This document shows, one piece after another, positions 55,516 to 64,000 of a stretch of 64,000 nucleotides of DNA. The stretch covers positions 320,001 through 384,000 of the forward strand of contig CAVWVQ010000002.1 of NCBI GenBank assembly GCA_963758525.1. Reading direction: 5' to 3'. Position 1 is the stretch's first letter; each line of letters starts with the position of its first letter. The stretch is from an uncultured Phycisphaerales bacterium (lineage in GTDB: Bacteria; Planctomycetota; Phycisphaerae; Tepidisphaerales; Tepidisphaeraceae). Position numbers and translations under genes: made by a program. The notes under the pieces are model-generated. The model did no database searches. It saw nothing but the letters and a program-made list of their open reading frames with translations, and was not told where the DNA came from.

Positions 55516-57132
55516 CTTGCCGACCGCGAGTGCTCGCCCTTTCCCCCTCCCCTGGTACTCCGGGGGAGGGCCGGGGTGGGGGCAAGAAGCGCCGATTTCC
55601 CGAGGGACCCGCACCCTGATCGTCCCCCGGAATGCCAGCGGAGGAAACAATTTCGACTACAACCATGCCGCGATCAATGCCCCCTCTCCCGGTACTCCGG
55701 AAGAGGGTTGGGGTGAGGGTGATTTCGAGCACCAACTGCGGTCGACGTTCCAAATCACCCCTTCCCTCCCCCGAAGTAGCGGCAAACGGGGCACCTTGCT
55801 TGAACTTCTGACACTACTCGTTTCTTCCATCATTGCTTTGGGAATTGCCGGCTGCACGATTCACCCTCCGGGCGAAAGCGACGAGCGAACTGCGGCTTCC
55901 GCATTGGGCAAACCGTATGAGAAGCCTCCGGAAGCCCGCGAGATTCCGGCGCTTCCCGAGAATCCGACGGCCGATCAGCTTGTGCAATACGCGCTGCTGA
56001 ACAACGCGGACTTGGAGCAGCGATACTGGATCTGGCGATCGGCGGTCGAACAGATTCCGCAGGATGGAAGCCAGACGACGACGCCGAATATCGCCGGCGG
56101 CACGACCATCACCGATGGCCGCACCAACTGGCGCAGCAGCACGCTCGCGCTGGGCAACGATCCGATGACCGATATCAAATGGCCCGGCAAGCTGGATGCG
56201 GCGGCAAGAGAAGCCCTGGAAAACGCGCGGGCCGCCGGCCAGCGTTTCCTCAGGGCGAAATACGATCTTCGCGGCAAAGTGATCAGCGCCTATGACGAGT
56301 ATGCCCTCAACTCGCAACTGATCCGGCTCGAACAGTCCAACGAGCAGTTGCTGGAAATCACCGCCACCACAACCGCTGCACGCAGCCGCACCGGGAGCGC
56401 GGGTCAGCAGGATACCCTCAAGGCTGACAACGAACTCGATCTGTCGCGAAACAGCATTGCACAGATGCGGTCACAACTCCCGGGCCAGCAGGCATTGCTC
56501 AACGCACTTCTGGATCGGCCACCGGGCGCCCCTTGCCAGCGCCGGCCGAGCGATCGCCGTCGCGCCCGATCGCATACTCGGATGAAGCGCTTGTCGAGCT
56601 GGCTGCGAAACACAACCCGGAGTTGGCCGCCCTCGCCGATGAGATCCACGGTCGGGCCGATGGGATTCGCCTGGCGCAGCTCCAATATTTCCCCGATTTC
56701 AATCTGAGCGCGGGGACCGATCTGATGGGCATCACCCAGTCCGTCCTCGGACAGGTGACGATTCCGATTTTCAGGTACGAAGCGTTGAACGCCGCCATCG
56801 CTCAAACCGAGGCGAATCTGCGCATCTCCGAGGCAATGCGTCGTCAATTTGCAAATGACCTGGCAGCCCAGGTGGTTGGAGATATCACATTCATACGAGA
56901 CGCTGATCGTCAGCTCGAATTGTTCGAGCAGACGATTCTTCCCCGCGCCCGCCAGATCGTCGACATCGGCCGCTCCAGCTACGAAGCTGGCCGATCCACC
57001 TTGCTCGATTTGCTCGACAGCGAACGATCCCTGATCGCGCTCCAGCGGCTCGTAGCCAACCTGCAATTCAGCCGCGACAAGCGCGTGGCCGACCTGGAAG
57101 CCATCGCCGCGACGAAATTAGAACAGAGTTGA
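55508..57132 (+). CDS. TolC-family outer membrane efflux lipoprotein; start either 55508 (through the repeats) or near 55797; frameshift near 56530
   Basis: Lipobox-like GIAGC; ALLNNADL, LNALLDRP and SYEAG outer-membrane-efflux segments. Confidence 0.8.
55540..55792. repeat. Family A palindromic repeats at the cusA/tolC junction
   Basis: 55540-55582 and 55680-55792; the latter aligns with the reverse complement of the valS doublet, including its spacer. Confidence 0.8.
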
Positions 57133-57148
57133 ATCCTCATCATATGAG

Positions 57149-57541
57149 TCAATGACGCGGAAAATATTCAGCCAGCAGTTCCCCCGCGCCAGTGACGGCG
57201 TGGACCAGCGCATCGGTGAACCGCGAGTCTTTCAGGTAGGCGGCGGTCTCGTCGCGAAGCTTCGACCAGAGAACATCGCCAACGTGAGCGTGGATGGCGG
57301 CGTCGCCATAGATGGCGAAGGTGTGCGATTTGGGGGCGACGAAGATCAGCACGGCGTTATGCTCGGGATGCTTGTCGAGCCGCAGCGCGTGAAAATGCCA
57401 CTCGGCCAGAGCAACCGGATCGGAACATTCGCGCTTTGAAACCAGCAGGCGGATGACGCCGGTGGTCTGATTCTCGGCCTTTGCGATGGCCGCGAGGATG
57501 CGCGATTCGTCGAGCTCCTGGATGAAATGAGCGTGTTTCAT
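57149..57541 (-). CDS. TPM domain protein (short)
   Basis: AIAKAENQTTGVIR, NAVLIFVAP, IYGD. Confidence 0.85.
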   Translation of the reverse strand: MKHAHFIQELDESRILAAIAKAENQTTGVIRLLVSKRECSDPVALAEWHFHALRLDKHPEHNAVLIFVAPKSHTFAIYGDAAIHAHVGDVLWSKLRDETAAYLKDSRFTDALVHAVTGAGELLAEYFPRH

Positions 57542-57544
57542 CGG

Positions 57545-58447
57545 TTACCAGCTTCCTCCCGCGCCGCCGCCCCCTCCGGTGCCGCCGCCTCCGGAAAAGC
57601 CCCCGCCACCACCGCCATCGCCGCCTCCTCCGCCGCCGGAATACGATGACCCGCGGGAAGAACCGCCGTTCATCAGGCTGCTGAGAAAAAAGAGATAGAT
57701 GTTTTCGGCAATCGAGAGGGATCGACTGTGTCGCTGGTAGAACGTCCCGCCGAAGTTGTGGAGGATGAAGAGGACGATGCCGATGAAAACGAAGATGGCG
57801 CCCGCCCCGATGACCAACCCAAATAGCGAGACGCCAGAACCGGATGTGGTGTCAGGCGGTGCCGAGTGATCTGGAACCGTCGCTCCGCCGGCAGCATTTG
57901 CGCTGCCGCTGCCCCGATATTCGCCGCGCGTCGCGGCCAGAATCGCGTTGATCCCGGCTCCGAGGCCGCCGGCAAAATCTCCTGCCTTGAAGCGCGGGGC
58001 GATCTGCTGATCGATAATCTCTTTGCAGGTTGCATCCGGCAGTGCGCCTTCCAGGCCGTAGCCGACCTGGATGAACATTTTGTGGTCCTGCACGAAAACG
58101 AACAGGACAATGCCGTTATCCTTTTTCTTCTGCCCGACGTGCCAGGCCTCCTTCACCCTGAACGTGTAGTCGGCGATGTCGGAATCCGATTGCATCTTCG
58201 GAAACACGGCGACGACGACCTGCGTCGATGTGTCCCGCTCGAACTGCAGCAGTTGTTGATCGAACTGCGCCGCGGTCTCGGCCGAAACGACGTTCGCGTA
58301 ATCATTGAAATGCTTCCGCGGCGACGCCGGAATGACTTCAGCCGCGCCGCAAGGACGAGAGAGCAGGCATATGAAGAAGAGCGCGGTCGCGAGCGACCAA
58401 CGGGCAAGATTTGATATTAGAAGCCCTCTAAGCCGCACGGCAGTCAC
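57545..58447 (-). CDS. TPM domain membrane protein (YgcG-like) with Gly-rich tail
   Basis: WHVGQKKKDNGIVL, VGYGLEGALPD, C-terminal GGGGAGGSW. Confidence 0.9.
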   Translation of the reverse strand: MTAVRLRGLLISNLARWSLATALFFICLLSRPCGAAEVIPASPRKHFNDYANVVSAETAAQFDQQLLQFERDTSTQVVVAVFPKMQSDSDIADYTFRVKEAWHVGQKKKDNGIVLFVFVQDHKMFIQVGYGLEGALPDATCKEIIDQQIAPRFKAGDFAGGLGAGINAILAATRGEYRGSGSANAAGGATVPDHSAPPDTTSGSGVSLFGLVIGAGAIFVFIGIVLFILHNFGGTFYQRHSRSLSIAENIYLFFLSSLMNGGSSRGSSYSGGGGGGDGGGGGGFSGGGGTGGGGGAGGSW

Positions 58448-58456
58448 CTTGTGCGA

Positions 58457-59065
58457 CTACTTTCCGAAATTGAAGTTCACCGTCGGCGCCGTCGCGGCCG
58501 ATTCCACCGCGGCAAAATAGGGCTTTTCCTTGAAGCCGAACATCGAAGCGGTGATCGTGCTCGGGAACGTATGCACGGCGGTGTCGTAGTTCTGAACGAC
58601 GGTGTTGAATCGCTCCCGTTCGACCGAGATGCGGTTTTCGGTCCCTTCCAACTGCGCCTGCAGATCGCGAAAACCCTGGGTCGACTTGAGATCGGGATAT
58701 CGCTCGGCCACCACCATCAAATGTGACAGGGCGCTGGAGAGCTGGCCCTGCGCCTTTTGAAATTGTTCGAGCGTCGCCGCGTCATCGGGTGCCTTGGATG
58801 CGTCTACAGTCACCCTTCCCACCGATGCCCGCGCATCCGTCACTTCAACCAGCGTCGATTTCTCGAAGTTGGCCGACCCCTGCACCGTCTGCACCAGATT
58901 GGGAATCAGATCGGCCCGCCGCTGATACACGTTCTGCACCTGCGCCCACTGGGCGTTGGTGGATTGCTGCAGGGTCACGAGATGATTGTAACTGCCCATG
59001 CACGACAGCCCGCTCACGAGCAGCAGCGCGACCAGGACAACAAGCACGATTAAACCGGTTTTCAT
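58457..59065 (-). CDS. lemA: LemA family protein
   Basis: YQRRADLIPNLV, ERYPDLKS, LEGTENRI. Confidence 0.95.
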   Translation of the reverse strand: MKTGLIVLVVLVALLLVSGLSCMGSYNHLVTLQQSTNAQWAQVQNVYQRRADLIPNLVQTVQGSANFEKSTLVEVTDARASVGRVTVDASKAPDDAATLEQFQKAQGQLSSALSHLMVVAERYPDLKSTQGFRDLQAQLEGTENRISVERERFNTVVQNYDTAVHTFPSTITASMFGFKEKPYFAAVESAATAPTVNFNFGK

Positions 59066-59163
59066 GAAGCGTTTCTCCAGGGCCTCGGCATGGTCGGCCA
59101 AACTCTGCATATATCGTACAGACGACCAGCGCGACATGGAACGGCAACCACTCGCATCGCACA

Positions 59164-59306
59164 GGGTGTGGCGCTCGAAAGTGGCGATCGGCTCCGAGTA
59201 GGGCGGGATTCATCCCGCCGATTTGTTGGCCGGCTGAGAAAACGACGGGATGAATCCCGCCCTACGATCGCAAAATCTGCAATCGCCACAAATAAAAGTT
59301 ACACCC
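59164..59306. mobile_element. 143-bp MITE-like element, copy 2 (inverted)
   Basis: Reverse complement matches 48627-48769 with one mismatch by eye; flanks atcgcaca / atcgcgcc form an imperfect direct repeat. Confidence 0.8.
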
Positions 59307-59452
59307 ATCGCGCCTGGAAACGGCCAGAAGATTGGAAAGATTCTCACGGTTGCCGCAGTGCAGCCGCCGCGCTTGCTCGCGGGTTTTCCCGAGCGGGCAT
59401 ATTCGTGCGTGAAACGGAAAAGAACATCCGATATCGGCGCTTCTCCTCTGCT

Positions 59453-60245
59453 CTACGCGTTTAGCACGGGCGGGACGCCCGTGCCGCGAGAAAGCATTTC
59501 GTCAACGCGAACGAACGCGAATCCGGCTTGCCGAAGATATGGAATGACGTCCGCGAGAATCGCTCCAAGACGGAGTGGCTCAGCGCCGCCGTCATGAAGG
59601 ACGATGATGCTTCCGTCTCCGGCTCGTGCGCAAATGCGCCGAATGACAGTTTCAGTCGATCGGCGCGTATCGAAAGTGCGAACGTCCCAGCCGATCATGG
59701 TCAGCCCGGTTCGGCGCAGCGCCGGGAAAATGCGGATTGGTCAATCCCACTGGCGGGCGCACGAATTTCGGCGATGTTCCGCTGGCTTGTTCAATCGCCC
59801 GCTGCGTCCGCACCATTTCGTCAACCAGGCCGCGGCGGCGCAGGAGCCCGGTCCACCAGCCGTGGGTGAAGAAATGATTGGCAATCAAATGCCCCTCGGC
59901 GACGATGCGCGCCGCCAATTCGGGGTGTGCCTCGACGTTTCGCCCGATGCAGAAAAATGTCGCAGGCACATTTTCGCGCCGCAACAGATCGAGCAGCGCG
60001 GGCGTGGCAAGCGGGTCGGGTCCGTCGTCAAACGTCAGGGCGATCTTTTTGCGGCCTGGCACACCGCGGCAGACCGCGCGGCAAAAAAACTGCAGGCCGA
60101 TGCACGACATTCCCAGCGAGAAAACCGCAACGTAGAGCACAGCCAATGCGATGAGTCCGTACAGGCGCTCCCGGCCGTGGTGCAACAGCGCCACGGCAAG
60201 CGCCGCCGCGATGGTGAGCAGCGTGGTGAGCGTGAATCGACTCAT
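59453..60245 (-). CDS. Polysaccharide deacetylase family protein; frameshift near 59710
   Basis: ALTFDDGP, ATFFCIG, NHFFTH, RPPVG, then IIVLHDG in the next frame. Confidence 0.88.
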
Positions 60246-60362
60246 AATTGAAGGCGGCGCGAACGTAACAGATCAGTTTGTAAATGAACAGGAATCTGCT
60301 GAAGAGGCGGCATCTTCGCCCCGCGGGAGTTGCTGTTGCGACATCTTCCAGCCGTTCATAAA

Positions 60363-61685
60363 ATGCGCGCGGTGACAACTCCGGTGGCAGCGCGGGATAT
60401 CGAAATCGACCTCAATTCGCGGCAGATCGAAGCCCTGCTGAATCGGGGCGTGGCAGCGACGGTTGCCAGCGCGCGTGTGCATTCGCCATTTTATCGGGAG
60501 CACCTGGCGGGATTGCCGGAGGTGCGCACCACTGCCGACCTGGCGGCCCTGCCGCCGACAACCAAACAACACGTCGCCGAACGAAACCGCGATTTCTGGG
60601 CCGTCGGCGCCGAGCAGTTTATCGACATCACTACCACAAGCGGGACCACGGGCCAGCCCACCCTCTGTCCCATCACGCAGCAGGACTTGGACCGGCTCGG
60701 CCGCAACGAGCAACTCTGCTTTTCCCGCGCGGGTTTGAGGGCGGGCGACGTTGTCCTGCTGGCGGTGACAATCGACAAATGCTTCATGGCCGGGCTGGCA
60801 TATTTTGAGGGGCTGAGGAAGCTGGGCGCCACGGCGGTGCGCGTTGGCGCTGGCTCGCCCGCGATGCTGCTGAGCATGATGCAGCGCCTCGGCGCGACGG
60901 CAATCATCTCTGTCCCCTCGTTTCTCAAACGCGTCGAGACGTTCGCCCGCGAGCAATCAATCGACTTGCGCAGCCGGCGTGCGAAAACTGATCTGCATCG
61001 GCGAGCCGATCCGCGATGCCGACTGGAAGCTGACGCCGCTGGGAGCGCAAATCGCCGACGAATGGAATGCATCGGTCTTCTCCACCTACGGCATCACGGA
61101 GCTGGCCAGTTCGCTGTGCGAATGCCCTGCCGGTCGAGGAGGCCATCTGCACCCCGAATTGCTGCATATCGAGATTCTCGATGACGATGGGCGCACCGTC
61201 CCCGACGGAACCCCCGGCCAACTCGTCGCGACAACGATCGGCGTGCAAGCGATGCCGATGGTCCGTTTCGCGACCGGAGATATCACGTTTCTCCTGCGAG
61301 AGCAGTGCGCCTGCGGCCTGTGGACGCCGCGCATCGGGCCGATCCTCGGCCGCCGCGATCAGGCGATGAAGATCAAGGGAACGACCGTCTATCCCGCGGC
61401 GGTGCAGCGCGCGCTGCATGGGATCGAAGCCATCGCGGATTACATCCTGATTGCAACTTCCGCTGACACACTGTCAGACAAACTGGAAGTCGTCATCGCG
61501 CTCTGCGCGGGAGCCGCCGTGGACGGGCGCAGGAGATGATCCGCGAGAAGCTTCGCGGCGAGCTGAAAGTGCTCCCGAGTGTCCGGCTCGCGACAGCCAG
61601 GGAAATCGGGGCGTTGGGTGGCTCGCGCGAACTGCGAAAGCAGCGGGTCTTCGTCGATCGCCGCAATCGGCAGGAACGCGGATGA
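60363..61685 (+). CDS. Phenylacetate-CoA ligase-like adenylate-forming enzyme; frameshifts near 60975 and 61530
   Basis: TTSGTTGQP, ICIGEP, STYGITE, RFATGD, GRRDQAMKIKGTTVYP. Confidence 0.85.
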
Positions 61686-62776
61686 TTCCCGCGGTCATCA
61701 TTCTTTCCTCCGTCCCGGGATCGGATCTCGAGCCTGCCGCGCGCGACGCGCGCCAGTTGGTCCCGCATGTCCTCCTGGCCGAGAATCCGCGCGGCTACGG
61801 CGCGGCGTTCGCGATCGCGTTTGCCAGGGCAATTGAACTCGGCTGCACGCATGCCATCGTGCTTGACGTCGCCAGGGGGCATCAGCCCAGGTATCTGCCG
61901 ACGTTCCTCGCAGCCGCCGCGCAGAGTCCCGACGCGATCATCGTCGGCGTGCGGCACTACGACGCGGAACAACCGTCGTCTGCACAGCGCTTCGGCCGGT
62001 GGAACTGCGACTTGTGGACGTGGATCGAGACCGGCCGATGGATTCGTGACACCACCTATGGATACAAAGCCTATCCGCTGGCTCTGGCCGGGAATATCGC
62101 GGTGAGGTCGGAACAGACCGATTGCGAAGTGGAGTTGTTCGCCAAGGCATTGTGGGCGGGCGTGGGCGTCGTGCAGATTCCGCTGGCGACCGACGCGCGG
62201 ACCGAAGCCTTGGTCCCGCTGCGGATGAGAGAAGCGATTCGATTCGGCGCGACGACGACTCGTCTGACCGTCGAGCGGTTTCTTCTGCCTGCCCCGCTGC
62301 GCGAGACGATGCATCAGAGAAGCTTTGCCGACCTGCCCGTAACGGAGCGCATAGGAATCATCTCCCGGCAAGCCATTGCACACCACTGCGACGCCCCCGC
62401 GCGCTTTGCGACTTGCATCGGCATTGGCGTCTTTTTCGGCATCCTGCCGATCTGGGGCTTTCAGATGATTGCTGCCGCCGCGACAGCCCATCTGCTGGGC
62501 CTCAGCAAGCATCTGGTCTTGGCCGCGTCCTATGTCTCATCGCCGCTGACATTGCCGATCATCCTCTATGCAAGCCTGGTGCTGGGCCAACTGATGTTGC
62601 ACGGGCAATTCACGGGTTTGCCGCGGCCGGATGAGCTTCAGCGGTCGGCGCTGCTGCCTTACCTCGGCGAATACGTTGCCGGGAGTATTCTCCTGGCAAT
62701 CGCAGCAGGACTGGTTTCGTCTCTGCTCGCGTTCGTGGCCGCGAGCCTGCTGAAATCATTGCGAGGAGCGACGTAA
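61682..62776 (+). CDS. Glycosyltransferase family 2-like + DUF2062 fusion
   Basis: NPRGYGAA, IIVGVR and DTTYGYKAYP; C-terminal GIGVFFGILPIWGFQ DUF2062-like TM region; ATGA overlap. Confidence 0.75.
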   Translation: MIPAVIILSSVPGSDLEPAARDARQLVPHVLLAENPRGYGAAFAIAFARAIELGCTHAIVLDVARGHQPRYLPTFLAAAAQSPDAIIVGVRHYDAEQPSSAQRFGRWNCDLWTWIETGRWIRDTTYGYKAYPLALAGNIAVRSEQTDCEVELFAKALWAGVGVVQIPLATDARTEALVPLRMREAIRFGATTTRLTVERFLLPAPLRETMHQRSFADLPVTERIGIISRQAIAHHCDAPARFATCIGIGVFFGILPIWGFQMIAAAATAHLLGLSKHLVLAASYVSSPLTLPIILYASLVLGQLMLHGQFTGLPRPDELQRSALLPYLGEYVAGSILLAIAAGLVSSLLAFVAASLLKSLRGAT

Positions 62777-64000
62777 TGCGCACCGCATGGGTGACGGTGG
62801 CGATGCTGCTGGTTCTCAGCGCTGGAGTGCTGCGATCGCATTTTGACCCGGGAGCATCTCTGGTTGGGACGTGGGGAAACGGCTTGCTCGGCGGGCACCC
62901 TAAACAAATGCGCCTGGAAGTGGGGGCACATTTTGGCGCGACGGCCTGTATGTTTGCAGCGGCGACCGGATTGCTGTTCGTCTGGTTGGGCCATCTCGAA
63001 CTGGCGCTGACGGCGATGTTACCGGTAGCGCTCTGCTGGACGGCGACACTCGGACTCCTCCGCGGATTCGATATGGAGGTCAATCGGTCTGATCTGTCGC
63101 TGCTGCTGATTTGTCTCATCCCGGCGACGACTCAGAGCCTGTTGCTGCTAAACGGCCATCTCATGAGGTATCGCGGCCATGAGCCATCCCCGCGGTGGAC
63201 AGATTTCAAACTTCTCCTGCCATTGGTGTTGGTCGTCGTGGTGGCGGCGTTATCACATCTGGCGTTCAAGGACGCGCTCACGTCGAATTTCCTGCGCTTC
63301 TGTATATTGATCCCGCTCCTGGGATACATCCTGGCAGTCGACAATATCGTTAGTCCAGTGGCGTATTTTCTGATGCCGTCGAAACGAAAACGCTCGGCTG
63401 TGGCGTTCAGCATGCCGGGTGCCATGAGAGTGCACTCGCTCTATCGCTATCTCGACATCCCCGCGGAACAATATGTCGTCTGGAAAGTGCGTCTGGATCC
63501 GATTTTCGCGCACCTTGATGCTGCCGTTCCATCCAGCGGGCGGATTTTCGACGCCGGATGCGGCTATGGAATTATGTCGAATTTGCTGGCAATGCGATCC
63601 GCGAGCCGCACGGTATTCGGATTCGATCAGGATGAAAGAAAGTTGCGCGTGGCGCGACGGGCCGCGCGCACGCTCTGCAATGTGCATTACCTGAGCGCGG
63701 ATCTGATCGATGCCGGCTACCCAGTTTCGGACTGCGTGCTTCTGATTGATGTCCTGCACTACTGGTCAGCGGAAAAGCAGCGACGCATTATCGCCGGATG
63801 CGCCGGATGCCTGCGGCCCGCAGGAACGTTGATTTTTCGCGAGGGGATGCGCAACGCATCGGCCGGCCATCGCGCCGTTGATTGGGCGGAGCGGGCCGCC
63901 GTCTGGCTGGGGCACAATCCGCGCGGGGACGGACTTTGCTTCCAGCCTCGTGAGTTTTATCTGCGCGAATTCGCGATGCATGGCCTGGAGTTGCAGAGCG
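62776..64000 (+). CDS. Membrane (partial MMPL-like) + class I SAM methyltransferase fusion; truncated by the window end
   Basis: Own translation from ATG 62776 (not in the ORF track): several TM helices, then WKVRLDP, IFDAGCGYG, GFDQDERK, LIDVLHY. Confidence 0.7.
   Translation, partial: MRTAWVTVAMLLVLSAGVLRSHFDPGASLVGTWGNGLLGGHPKQMRLEVGAHFGATACMFAAATGLLFVWLGHLELALTAMLPVALCWTATLGLLRGFDMEVNRSDLSLLLICLIPATTQSLLLLNGHLMRYRGHEPSPRWTDFKLLLPLVLVVVVAALSHLAFKDALTSNFLRFCILIPLLGYILAVDNIVSPVAYFLMPSKRKRSAVAFSMPGAMRVHSLYRYLDIPAEQYVVWKVRLDPIFAHLDAAVPSSGRIFDAGCGYGIMSNLLAMRSASRTVFGFDQDERKLRVARRAARTLCNVHYLSADLIDAGYPVSDCVLLIDVLHYWSAEKQRRIIAGCAGCLRPAGTLIFREGMRNASAGHRAVDWAERAAVWLGHNPRGDGLCFQPREFYLREFAMHGLELQS

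Noticed and set aside
57149..59065. LemA-TPM-TPM operon as novel
   Set aside because: This is a widespread, well-known gene trio.

Overview
GC-rich bacterial chromosome segment, most likely from a planctomycete (Phycisphaerae-like; inferred from gene content and ribosomal protein features). Many single-base frameshifts, including in essential genes (rplE, rplC, smc, valS), point to long-read assembly errors rather than pseudogenes. In order, the window holds: a DUF58/vWA/BatA membrane-complex operon ending in a prenyltransferase-repeat gene and a glutathione peroxidase; a Gfo/Idh/MocA oxidoreductase and an acyltransferase; the S10-spc ribosomal protein cluster (rpsJ to secY-map, with no rpmD or adk); a tightly coupled three-gene cassette headed by a stand-alone HYD1-type ADP-ribosyltransferase-like gene; housekeeping genes (kdsA, gnd, nrdR, smc, valS); a Cys-rich leader ORF followed by a CusBA-TolC heavy-metal efflux operon; a LemA/TPM operon; and the start of an aryl-polyene/flexirubin-like cluster that runs off the end. 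The window is heavily colonised by several palindromic or short tandem repeat families and a 143-bp MITE-like element. Two of these repeat families are read in frame inside valyl-tRNA synthetase. No rRNA, tRNA or CRISPR array was seen.
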